NCBI GenBank assembly: GCA_965113315.1
Contig: OZ220363.1
Length of the DNA: 64,000 bases
Reading direction: 5' to 3' (one strand)
Origin: Podarcis vaucheri
Lineage: Eukaryota
Positions 1-10,983 of this stretch are shown here, one piece after another (position 1 is the stretch's first letter; every line of letters begins with the position of its first letter). The translations under genes and the position numbers were made by a program. The notes under the pieces are model-generated. The model saw nothing but the letters and a program-made list of their open reading frames with translations, was not told where the DNA came from and searched no databases.

Positions 1-51
1 ATGCTTGGAAGGTGCATATGGAGAGATCTGGTTCAAGTCTTGGCTTTAGAC

Positions 52-163
52 CAGGCTTCCTCAACCTCGGCCCTCCAGATGTTTTGAGACTACAATTCCC
101 ATCATCCCTGACCACTGGTCCTGCTAGCTAGGGATCATGGGAGTTGTAGGCAAAAAACATCTG
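52..163. mobile_element. hAT-type MITE, right TIR deleted
   Basis: Starts CAGGCTTCCTCAACC, has a palindromic interior, and is flanked by the 8-bp direct repeat CTTTAGAC (44-51, 164-171). Confidence 0.8.
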
Positions 164-605
164 CTTTAGACTAACGTTTTTCTTTTGCTCAGGGACAGCT
201 TTTTGTCAACATGATGTCCTCCAGAAGTTTTGGAGTACAACTCCTATTAATCCCAGCCAGCATTGCCATATTGTCCGAAAATCTGGAGAGCAGCAGATTG
301 GTGAAGGTTCCCATATGGAAATAACTAGTTAATTGACTCTCTTTGTAAACTATGCCAGGTTTTCAGTCTAATCTGTTGTGAATGAAATATTAAACATTTA
401 GCATTACATAACACACGCCATTACACGATAGATTGAAATATGTACAAATGTAGGTCAAATTTTGGTATGCTGCTCATTTTTCTGTCTAATCTAAAATGTG
501 TGATTTAAGACAATAGTTCTTTCAGCAAAGATTACTAAAATGTTGTCAACATCAGTGAGCTTCATTTTCTGTAGATCTATTAAAATAATTGATTTAAGGA
601 AATTA

Positions 606-831
606 CAGTGGTACCTCAGGTTACATACGCTTCAGGTTACAGACTCCGCTAACCCAGAAATAGTACTTCGAGTTAAGAACTTTGCTTCAGGATGAGAACA
701 GAAATCGTGTGGCGGTGGCGCAGCAGCAGCGGGAGGCCCCATTAGCTAAAGTGGTATCTCAGGTTAAGAACAGTTTCAGGTTAAGAACGGACCTCCGGAA
801 CGAATAAAGTACGTAACCAGAGGTAGCACTG
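606..831 (+). mobile_element. Tc1/mariner (Tigger/pogo-like) MITE, family A copy 1
   Basis: TA|CAGTGGTACCTC...GAGGTAGCACTG|TA; four further near-identical copies in the window. Confidence 0.9.
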
Positions 832-935
832 TAATTTCATTTCAAGTATTCTTTCTTTTTTGCATCAACACATGCATATACCGATTAGGCACTACACTCT
901 AATTTTATAAAGAAACAAAAATGAAAATAGTAGTT

Positions 936-1070
936 AAAATAAAAAATTCCTTCCAGTAGCATGCACACGAAAGCTCATACCAAGAACTAACTTAGTTGGT
1001 CTTTAAGGTGCTACTGGAAGGAATTTTTTATTTTGACTATGGCAGACCAACACGGCTACCTATCTGTAAC
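936..1070. mobile_element. Penelope-like element remnant (inverted pLTR fragment)
   Basis: 26-bp perfect inverted repeat (936-961 / 1009-1034); flanking 14-bp direct repeat TGAAAATAGTAGTT (922-935, 1071-1084); resembles squamate Penelope termini (recognition from memory). Confidence 0.65.
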
Positions 1071-1962
1071 TGAAAATAGTAGTTGTTGACTTTCGGGTTA
1101 TTCCTAATTTTGCTGGTGAGTGTTTTTCTTTTGTCGCTAAGTAGAGGAAGTGAATTGGGTGTATATTGCTTTTCTCCAGCTGCTGCCATTCTTTTGTTTC
1201 AGAAACATAACTGAGTATATAATTCCTTTACCTTCAGAGCATATTGCTCATTTTGATTACTTTAGTAATGCATTTCTCTTCTCCTCTAGCCCTAAGTCAT
1301 TAAGAGGAATAAACAATATGGTTTATGTTCTGCTTTATGCTGCATAGGGACTCAACTGTCTCTCATTCAGGCTTCTTCCTATGACTGTATAAACCCACAA
1401 AATAGGGTGTTACTTTCAATTTGTGTGTGGAATGGAAGAAAACATCTTTCATGCTTTTTTGAAGCATCTTGTACTGGGTGCTGTCACAGTTCTCATGAGT
1501 AGGTGGGCTATTATTTGGACGAAATATGCTATTTCTTATATTCTCCTTATATTCTTCTTTCAGCTTAGGGTACCATCACTTTTGTGGTCTCATTTGCATG
1601 GCATGATAAAGCAAACCATGGGTTATGGAGACACTGCAAGTGTGTGGCCTCCTGGAGAGGAGCTCACTGCCACTTTGCTGCTGTGCCACATAGAGTTAAT
1701 TTAGGTTTGACTTAATATTTATTCATTTATTTGGCTCCCCAAAGCGGTTTACAAGCTAATAACATACATAAAGCAGTTATACAAAAACAATTTAAAATAT
1801 TTATAAATATTTTTTTAAACAGTTTAAAACAACAGCAGCACTTACATAAAATCAATTCAGAGCTCAAGACAGCTCTACCAACTGGGATATAGGTTTTAGA
1901 AGGTTTGTAAAAAGAGAAACATCTTTAGCAGGAACTTAAAAGACAATAAATATAGCTAAGGG

Positions 1963-2121
1963 CATAGAATCATAAAATCAGAGAGTTGTAGAGTTGGAAG
2001 GGACCCCGAGGATCATCTAGTCCAACCCCCTGCAATGCAGGAATATGCAGCTGTCCCATACAGGGATTGAACTTGCAACCTTGGCATTATTAGCACCACG
2101 CTCTAACCAACTGAGCTATCC
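1963..2121 (-). mobile_element. tRNA-Ile-derived SINE with CR1 3' tail (POM/Squam2-like)
   Basis: Minus strand reads GGATAGCTCAGTTGGTTAGAGCGTGGTGCTAATAATGCCAAGG..., then GCAGGGGGTTGGACTAGATGATCC...CCAACTCTA and an (ATTCTAT)-type CR1 tail. Confidence 0.85.
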
Positions 2122-2322
2122 ATCTGTGTGATACACCATGAGAATGAGTTCCAAAAGGTAGGTGCTGCCTCACTAAAGGTCCAATTTCAATACTGTGCAG
2201 AATGGACCCCCTGATAGGATGCAGGATGCTGTCTCTTGCAGAACACAGTGACTGGGTATGTAGGGGAGCAGGTGGTATTTTCAGTAGCCTGGCCCCTTTG
2301 CACACCAGTAGCTAACCGGCAG

Positions 2323-2683
2323 GGACGCTGGTGGCGCTGTGGTCTAAACCACAGAGCCTAGGGCTTGCTGATCAAAAGGTTGGCGGTTCGAATCCCCACA
2401 ACGGGGTGAGCTCCCATTGTTCGGTCCCAGCTCCTGCCCACCTATCGGTTTGAAAGCATGTCAAAGTGCAAGTAGATAAATAGGTACTGCTCCAGCGGGA
2501 AGATAAACAGCATTTCCATGCGCTGCTCTGGTTCGCCAGAAGCGGCTTAGTCATGCTGGTCACATGACCCGGAAGCTGTCTGCGTACAAACGCCGGCTCC
2601 CTCGGCCTATAGAGCAAGATGAGCGCGCAACCCCAGAGTCGTCCACAACTGGACCTAACGGTCAGAGGTACCTTTACCTTTAC
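2323..2683 (+). mobile_element. Sauria SINE (Squam1), full length
   Basis: GGGACGCTGGTGGCGCTGTGGTCTAAACC head, box B GGTTCGAATCC, (ACCTTT)n tail; 14-bp TSD TAGCTAACCGGCAG (2309-2322, 2684-2697). Confidence 0.92.
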
Positions 2684-3639
2684 TAGCTAACCGGCAGCCA
2701 GTGCAATTCTTTCAGGAATGGCATAAAGGATGGCAGTATTACACCCCAGTGAGCAGTCAAGCCGCTACATTTTACATTAACTGTAGCGTCCTGATCATAG
2801 GTCACATAGAGCAGATTGCAGTACTTCAGTGTGGAGGTTACCAGCACATGGATGACAATGGTCAGCCTATCCCAGTCCAGAAACTGCCATAGCTCTTTTA
2901 CCAGTCCAAACTGGTAAAAGGAACTCCTAGCTAGCGAGGTCACTCTAGCAAAGGAGGTGTGTCCACGAGCAGCCTCAGTCTGTGAAGCTTTAGGAGAGCA
3001 TGTCCCCGTCCAGTTGACAAATTATCCTGACTTTGGAACTTCCCAACCACAGTGCCTCTGTTTTGCCAGGATTGAGTGAGTTTATTGTCCTTCATCCAGC
3101 ACACCACTGAATCTAGGCATCAGGATCGTTAACTATATAAACCAAGAACGGCAGCTTGTAGCTGGTGCAGAGATAGAGTAACCGTAACCTTTCGTTTGAA
3201 AGACACAGCAAGCCAAACATTGGTGTAGCAGTAAAAAGGACTGAAGAGGAGCAAAGTGGCTGCAAACTCCTCTCCCATTCATACAGTCTCAGTAAGCCAC
3301 AGTTTGGCCTACTGTGCCATGTGAACCAGGTCTATATATATCTTGTCATTTCAGGTAGGTGATTCCACATTGCCTTTTGCTCGTGGCTTTTTCCCTTAAA
3401 GCAAGGATTATGCAGTTGCTATACATGCCAGTCTTCAGACATGTTATTTGATGCACATTTTAGGGGTAAAGTTAGCTTACTGAAAAAAACTGCAAAAGTG
3501 TAAAATGCATGTGATGCTTCTCTTTTCCAAGCTGGGAACAATATGTTCGTGATAAATGTGTTTTGTTTTGTTTTTGTACCATGTCTCATGATTACTCAGA
3601 TTCTGCTTGTTACAACCTGCCATTTGTGTTTCTGTTCAG

Positions 3640-3730
3640 CAACTTTACAGGAAGAAGCCTGGGATGACAATGTCTTGTGCCAAATTACCTCAAAACATTT
3701 CCAAAAATAGATACAGAGACATTTCGCCTT
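3640..3730 (+). CDS. PTPN4: PTPN4 coding exon (91 nt), [30 protein letters not shown]
   Basis: ttcag| acceptor and |gtaagt donor; contains the KNRY pTyr-recognition motif. Confidence 0.95.
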
Positions 3731-6700
3731 GTAAGTGCTTACATGGATATCAGTTAATGCATTTCATTGGTTACCATTTGGAGAATTTTACATAAGTGTT
3801 TGTTTTGTTTTTTTCTCAGATGATGCTACACGGGTTATTTTAAAGAGTAATGATGATTACATCAATGCAAATTATATAAATGTGAGTTGGAGATTACCAT
3901 TTCTCTTCATGTTAATTCCATGTTTGGATTCAGCAGTGACACAATTAGCCTTTTGGATTTTAAAGATGCACAAAGATTTATTTTAAAATTTCATTTGATA
4001 TTGCTTAGATATATTGTAGTTGGTTAATGCAGTTGTAACATAGATGGAGGGAATCCTGCTCATGTAGTTACTCATGTCTGTTGGAAACAGAAAAGTTAAT
4101 ATTTTTTCTGGGTATTCCTTCCCCAGGTGTTAAAACGTCATTGAATGAACTTCCAATTAAAATAGTGGTTAAAGAGGAGAATATCTTGATGTTTGATCAA
4201 ACTGTTTTAGAGTAGCAGTTGACTGTTAGTTATGCAGTAAAACAAATTTCTAGCTTTCTGTTTATTTCTAAATATTCTTATATGCTGCAATTTCATAAAG
4301 CACTTTAAAGCTGTTTATATTGATTATATCTATACAATACAAACCACATTAAAAAAAGTAATTCACAGATCATCAGTTGACTATTTATAGAATAGGTTTC
4401 CTTAATCATCATCATAAGTATTGTGGCATAGAAAAGCTTTCAACAAGCATTTAAAGATTAAAATAGAAGGCACCTGCTGAAGATTATATATGATTTAGGC
4501 AAGAGTACACAAAGTTGTGAAGTTACTAAACACATTCTGCAATTTTATTTTTAGATGGAAATCCCTTCTTCCAGTATAATAAATAAATACATTGCTTGCC
4601 AAGGTCCTTTACCAAACACTTGCCCTGATTTTTGGCAGATGATTTGGGAACAAGGCTCATCTATGGTTGTAATGCTAACTACTCAAGTGGAACGGGGAAG
4701 AGTAAGTCAGTCTGTAATTTTAACTCTTAAAGCTTGTAATTCCAATGCAATGCATCAGGAAGACATTAATGTGGCCCATGTTTTAACCAATCTAACTCAC
4801 ACTTCCTAAACCAATATGTGAACTAAATATTATTCAAGAGGATTGTCAATCAGTTTCAAAGGATAACACTATTCATAGACTAACCTGTACTAGGAACAGC
4901 CTAGTGAACTGGAAAGAGAAAAGTTGTATGTGCCTGTTTGTTTTTGTGCTGTTAGGGAGTCTACTTTAGCAGTTCTAGTTTAGATAAGATTTTTTTTTGG
5001 GGGGTGGGGGTGGGAATAAATTTAAATATATTTTATTTCTTGCATTTGCATACTGCATTGCAAAGTACTAAAATAAACAAATGTTATGAAATAAAAAACA
5101 GAGTCTTCTCAGGCTAAGTTATGTGGTTCTACTTTTTACAGTAATCATGGAGTATCTATTTCCATGGTCAGAATCGGGTTTAAATATGAATAGAAACAAA
5201 GGAAGTATCCTAGCTAAAATCTTTCTTTGACAATTTTTTTTAAGGGCTGTTATTATTTCCTTAAAACACTGTACAAGAAATCATCTTATTGCATGTTTCA
5301 GATAACAATGAGAAGTAGCTAAAATTGATCCAAATGCAACTTTTGGAATCTAAGCAGAAACTTTTATTTTTTAAACAAAAACCTGTTGACAGGTGAAATG
5401 CCATCAGTACTGGCCAGAGCCCACCGGAAGCTCCTTGTATGGGAATTTTCAGATCACTTGTCATTCAGAAGAAGGAAATCCTGCCTATGTCTTCAGAGAG
5501 ATGACAATGTCTCATCTGGAGGTGAGAGAGACCATTCACTGGCTATTTATGTAATTTTGTGAAGCCCTTTAAAACTAAAACCATCTCACTGCAAAAAGTT
5601 CACGGCAACATTAATCTTTTGATTGTTCTTTTTAGACTCCCTAGAGAAATGGCCCGCTGTGTCACTATTCCTTGTTACCTTTTGTTGCCGGGTCAAACTT
5701 TTCTTACATTCCATTTGATCCAACGTATTAAGCTTGGGGGTGGGCAGAAATCCATGAGACTGTATGCTAATTAGCTATCATAAATACATTTTGTTTAAGA
5801 TAATGAAATTGATGCTCTTTTTATGATTTGCAAAAACTGAATTGCTGGCTGGGGTGGATGGGAGTCCAAGTCCAATAACACATGTTTGCTACTGCTGGCT
5901 TAAACATTTATCACTGTGAACTGTAACATAAGAAAAATGTAAGTTTTATTCCAATTTTGATGTTGCTCATGGAGCTAGCACAGCTGTCTTGTGGATCTGT
6001 TGATTCTCCGCATACTTATTTGTGTCGAATACAGCAACATATTTTTGTGGCACTTCAAAGACTAACAAATTTATTATACCATTAGCTTGTGACTAGTTAT
6101 ACACTAGCAGCTCAGGAAAACACTTCACACATCAATTGAAGTGGACTCTAGTCCATGAAAACTTATGCCGTAATAAATTTAAGACTTTAAAGGTGCCGTA
6201 AGAGACTCTTTGTTGTTTTTCCTGCAGCAGACTTAATATGGCTACCCCTATGGAAATAAAGATACAAGGCAGAAATTAGGTAAAATGGTAGACTAGTGCT
6301 TTTCCTCAGGAGAAACAGACTTCTGCCTGATGCATGTGAAACACAAAATCTTGTATGCACTTACGTCTACATAAAGTGGCTCAATAAAATATGTAAATTT
6401 ACCTGTTTTGTATCTTTAAAAGGGTGTGGGGAACCTGTGATCGCCCAGGTGCTGTTGGAATCCACTTCTCAGTCCCAGCCATGATCAATAACAGTCCAAG
6501 ATTATGGGAATTGTCTGCCCACATCTGAAGGACCACAGGTTCCCCCATACCTGTTTTAAGGATTATCTTACCTTTAACCTCAAATCAGCACAGCATATGG
6601 CCCATGGGGTCTATTTTCGAAAATCCACAGGACACTTTTTAATGATCTTGCACTTCATTTAAATGGCATGAAGCATCTAGATATTTATTTTGTGACACGT

Positions 6701-9700
6701 GAAAGTAAAAATTTGAAACCGAGATAGGTTGACTTTGACAATTAAACTTGTTATAGGAAAACACTGAAATGATCTATTGCATTTGAACAAATTTTGTTTT
6801 GCTAGAAAAATGAGGACCGTCAGCTTACTCAAATCCAGTACATAGCATGGCCTGATCATGGGGTTCCTGATGATTCCAGTGACTTCCTGGATTTTGTGTG
6901 TCTCATCAGGAAAAAAAGAGCTGGCAGAGAAGAGCCAGTTGTTGTTCACTGCAGGTATTTAACTTGTAGGGAAAACTCACTGTGTTTCCCCTCTCAAGAT
7001 TTCAACCAAAAACCTTATTTCATTTTGTAGCTACCTTCATTTTCAAATATAGAGCTGAATTCTTGTTTCTGTTAAATTAAAAGAAACAGTTACTTACTGT
7101 GTTCTTTTGACCTTCTGGTTTTGAATGAGAATAGCTTTACCTAATTGTCTGGAAACATGTTTTCATGCTTCATAAAGCTATGATGTCTTTATGTGCCAGA
7201 AGTGGATAGGAAACTAATTTAGGAAGCTGTATTAACCATGTAAACTATGAGGCTAAAATAGAAATGGCTGAACTGTCTTAAAAATGGGTACCTTACTAGT
7301 AATGTACATCGTACTGGTAATTGTGCATTGTATCATTTAATACATGTTGCCAGCAGCATGCATGGCTTCTTTATTCTTCCTTCTGGCCTAATAGCCAGTT
7401 CTTCAGTTTCTGTAGCTTTTTTATTTGTACAGCAGCTACAGCAGTTCTGTCCCATGCTGCTGCTGTGCTTCTAAGCTGTTTCTGGTCACCTACAAGTGGT
7501 TTTCACTCAGAACAGGTAAATAGGCTAGGGCTCAGTTTCAGGAGCTTCATTAACTAAACATCAGCTGCTGGAGACTGTATAAGTGGGTTCTCCCATTACA
7601 CTGTAGGTCAAAAGCATAGATACCAGACTAGAATTCTTTAATTCTTGTTTGAAGTTCTAACTGTTTTCATATTCAGCTTTGGATTTCGGCGTCATCACAA
7701 GGTCTGAGGTCAAAATCAATATCAGTCATGCCTCATTACAAAAATGACATTTATTGAAATGTATCAATGCCACATTGTCTGGTCCATATTCCTTTTCTCC
7801 CCTTCCTATGTGTATGTGGATTGGCTTTGATTATTGTTGATAAATCAGTAATAACTGACTGCCATCTAGTTGAGACCTGGCACATAAAACATCATGGGTG
7901 GGATCTACCTAATGAGCGATCAGCGGAATGCAATGGGGCTCCCCCCCCGTCCCCCCTGAAATTGGCTCTAGGGTTATTCAGTGAACTCCCAGAACAGCAC
8001 ACACAAGGGGGAGGCTGAATGATTGCACAGACAGAACATTCATTCCAGTGCAATGCTGAATTCCATCTAGTATTCCAAAAGATCTATTCTCTTGCTGAGC
8101 TCTGCAGTGGAAATGGGTACAGTCAAACCACTGTTCCTGAACACCTCTGTTATCACACGTTTCGGCTCCCGAACACCAAAAACCTGGAAGGAAGTAAATG
8201 CTATGGTTTTCAAATGATTTTCAGAAGCTGAACGTCCGATGTGGCTTCTGCTTGAGTGCAAGAAGCTCTTGCAACCAAACAGAAGTCGCGCCTTGGTTGT
8301 CGAACATTTTGGAAGTCGAACAGTCTTCCAGAACGGATTACATTCAGCAATCAAGGTTTGACTGTATCTGGGCTGATAATCCTGGGAATTATGCCCTATT
8401 TTTCTCTTTATCCAGTCTTCAGTGTTTGCTACCACAAAAGAAAAAAGTTACATAGAATTCTAAGAGACAAACTAAGCACCAAAGGATAATTATGGATGCA
8501 GGAGCGCGCCAGAGCTCAGGAAGACATTGTTACTCAAACCATGTTGAATGGAGCCAGAAAGAACAGCTGGCTATTCCTTGAATATTAAGAGATCTTGAAT
8601 ATATACTGTTACTCTGTACATTCTAAACATGTTGATGGATCACATGGGTTCTAGTAAGCATAACACCCAAATAAACTACATAAGTCTGAAGTTAGCATAC
8701 CTTCACTCTAAAGCACTGCCTTTGAAGGGTTTCCTAACAAGTTCAAACCTAGCTGTTTGCCTATTTGTGTGATGTGGCTGCTTCCCAAAGAACGACAGTT
8801 ATAAGTACATATATATTATTTCTCATTAAATCTACTATCTTTGTTATGGAAAAAAAGTGTTCATTCAGTGGAAAATGCTGCTACTGTATATTGTCAGCTA
8901 ACTCAGAAAAGTTTGACTTAGGCCACTTAATTATATATATCTCCTAAGTGCTTTAAAATATTAAATGTGATAAGAAGTAGTCCTTTTTATTTTACAGTGC
9001 CGGGATTGGACGAACAGGAGTTCTTATCACTATGGAAACAGCTATGTGTCTCATTGAGTGCAATCAGCCTGTTTTTCCCTTGGATATTGTGAGAACTATG
9101 AGAGATCAAAGGGCCATGATGATCCAAACTCCTGTAAGTTATTGATACATTAGAACAAACTGCTTCCAGTATCACAGATGCCTAACAATGACTTTTAAAT
9201 AGGTGACACGTAACTGAATTTTAAAAAAAGAACCAATTTAAAATTTAAGTATTGATTTTTATGTAACTTGCAGCATCTGCTTTGCCAAACAGATGTTTGT
9301 TGCTGGTAGTGGTAGACAGTTATGAGAGAAAAAGATACAAAACTTTTAGCCATGCATATAGTCCCCTTGCATGAGGGAGCAAACAAACCAGGAACTCTTC
9401 CATTAATTATAGTTTCTAATGTCATGCATGCTGGGAAGCCATGGTTAAAGCCATAGTCTGAAGTTGGCCTAATATCCTGGCATTTTCTGAAGCCTATAAA
9501 CCATAGGGTTGTTTTTTTTTTCATTTTGTCCAAAATGAGAAACTATAGTTAATGTAAGACTTTGTTGATTGCTCATTCATTTGTGTTATAAGAGGAGCAA
9601 AGGGCCTATTCGTGGAGCTAAAACATTCACTTGTATTGGCTTATGCTAGCCTGACCCCAGCCGTTGTATCTGGTGTCCAACACCTGCTTTCCCCTCCCTC

Positions 9701-10983
9701 TATCAAACAACAAAGGAAATGATTAGCAAGGTCAGAGCTGATGCTATTCATCTTATGTGCACACAGTACAGGAACACCATCTGTGGACTCCAGATGTTTC
9801 CTCCCCTCTTAATAGCACACTTCCATGCATGGAGTAGGAAAAATGTACTTGCAAGAATGTTTCTGCTTACATATATCTTTTTCTGGATCAAGGTGCACAT
9901 ATTTGATGCAGACCAAGCAGTTAACCATACGCGAGTTTATTTAGAGATCCTGAAATGAAGTGAAGGTTTGCTTTTAAGTTCAAGAAGGAAATTAAAACAC
10001 ACATAGGAAAAGTGATTTAGTGTTTTGTTATCACCATCCTAAAACTGATATCTGAATCTTTCCGTTTCCCCTGTAAATGTTCATACTTCCACATGTTATC
10101 CACAAGATGGCATTGTCCTAGGTTTCATGTTTTAAATGTGAATTTAGATTCACCCTATATATTAGAAATTACGTAGCTATTGTCTTGTGCGAACACAAAT
10201 TTCTTTTTAGACCTTTGTTTCTCTAGATGCACTAAAGACTGATTATATGCTAATAAAAATCTGAAAAAGTAGCCTGTGGATATTATAGATTATAGGATGT
10301 TATAGAACCTAGAATTCGTATTTATTCTAATGATCAGAGTGAGCAACTTGAACAATATTTAAAGAATATGTCAATGGGAGAAAATCTCAAGGCTGCTACT
10401 TAAATATAAATTTCACATTCATTCCTTGTTTTTTCTTTTTAATTTGCAGCCTTTGAAATGTAAGTTTATATATTTGTATATGAAAACTTTTAAACTGTTG
10501 TATCAAACAGTGTCACTCAAGTACTGAAGACTTCCATCAGCAAAATGGAGAGGGAAGCAGATTTTAATGAATCCCCTTAGCCCCCCTAAGGTTTTCCAGA
10601 GCAGATTTAGGAGGGGTGAGAGGAGAATAAGGGAGATTTTTAACAATTGTTTGCTGATGGATGCCTTACCATCAGTTGTCCCACAGGATTGGAGTCGGAG
10701 AAAAGCAGAGAGGAAAGCTAATCCCCCCCCCCATCCTACCCCCTGAAGCCTCTCCTGCAGCATGCTGGTCACTGGATCCATCCTGTAGTATTTTCAGCAC
10801 AAAATTCTTCAAGTCTTTTAAGTTTATCCTGATAGTTCATTGTTAGTTTCTCCAGCTTGTTTTTCTGTGACTTATAAATTATTGCACTGTTCTTTCTAGA
10901 GTCAATACAGATTCGTTTGTGAGGCTATTTTGAAAGTGTATGAAGAAGAACTTGTTAGACCTTTAACGACTTCGCTGCATTAA
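3640..10983 (+). CDS. PTPN4: PTPN4 (tyrosine-protein phosphatase non-receptor type 4 / PTP-MEG1), 3' part; join(3640..3730,3820..3881,4555..4701,5393..5521,6806..6954,8998..9133,10900..10983); 5' exons lie upstream of the window
   Basis: Seven GT-AG exons splice in frame (798 nt) to [36 protein letters not shown]...YIACQGPLP...WPDHGVP...[11 protein letters not shown]...[32 protein letters not shown]. This matches the PTPN4 catalytic domain, and the gene is syntenic with EPB41L5. Confidence 0.96.
3820..3881 (+). CDS. PTPN4: PTPN4 coding exon (62 nt), (Y)[20 protein letters not shown]
   Basis: ttctcag| acceptor and |gtgagt donor; DYINA motif; follows an 89-nt intron. Confidence 0.95.
4555..4701 (+). 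CDS. PTPN4: PTPN4 coding exon (147 nt), [20 protein letters not shown]...TTQVERGR
   Basis: tttag| acceptor and |gtaagt donor; YIACQGP and [12 protein letters not shown] motifs. Confidence 0.96.
5393..5521 (+). CDS. PTPN4: PTPN4 coding exon (129 nt), [43 protein letters not shown]
   Basis: gacag| acceptor and |gtgaga donor; KCxxYWP motif. Confidence 0.95.
6010..6257. mobile_element. Older Penelope-like element remnant
   Basis: Imperfect inverted arms (GGCACTTCAAAGACTAACAAATTTATTA / TAATAAATTTAAGACTTTAAAGGTGCC) and the same terminal motif (..CAGAC..ATGGCTACC) as the 936-1070 element. Confidence 0.55.
6420..6553. mobile_element. Degenerate hAT-type MITE
   Basis: Inverted ends GGTGTGGGGAACCTGTG / CACAGGTTCCCCCATACCTG. 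Confidence 0.65.
6806..6954 (+). CDS. PTPN4: PTPN4 coding exon (149 nt), [23 protein letters not shown]...VVVHC(S)
   Basis: gctag| acceptor and |gtattt donor; WPD loop and catalytic Cys. Confidence 0.96.
8120..8364. mobile_element. Tc1/mariner (Tigger-like) MITE, family B
   Basis: TA|CAGTCAAACC...GGTTTGACTG|TA. Confidence 0.8.
8998..9133 (+). CDS. PTPN4: PTPN4 coding exon (136 nt), (S)[45 protein letters not shown]
   Basis: ttacag| acceptor and |gtaagt donor; completes the HCSAGIGR P-loop. Confidence 0.96.
10900..10983 (+). CDS. PTPN4: PTPN4 last coding exon, [27 protein letters not shown]
   Basis: ttctag| acceptor; Q-loop QY; stop TAA at 10981-10983 followed directly by TAG. Confidence 0.95.
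   Translation, partial: SQYRFVCEAILKVYEEELVRPLTTSLH

Larger units (their letters stand above)
1715..2990 (-). mobile_element. Degenerate L2 LINE 3' fragment, interrupted by two SINEs; limits approximate
   Basis: Minus ORF 2683-2943 (..LTIVIHVLVTSTLKYCNLLYV..) resembles the L2 ORF2 C-terminal region; A-rich L2-type tail near 1715-1760. Confidence 0.65.

Noticed and set aside
606-831. Regularly recurring TTCAGGTTA units resembling a CRISPR-like array
   Set aside because: They are subterminal repeats inside a TA-flanked MITE in a vertebrate intron, with no spacer/repeat regularity and no cas genes.
2050-2121. tRNA-Ile(AAT)-like sequence on the minus strand
   Set aside because: The acceptor stem and T-arm are degenerate and it runs directly into a CR1-derived tail. 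It is a SINE head, not a tRNA gene.
10520-10780. Imperfect palindromic segments (also ~7896-8070, ~15938-16125, ~49164-49290) as possible miRNA or ncRNA hairpins
   Set aside because: They look like old dispersed non-autonomous DNA-element relics with mismatched arms. There is no support for an RNA gene.
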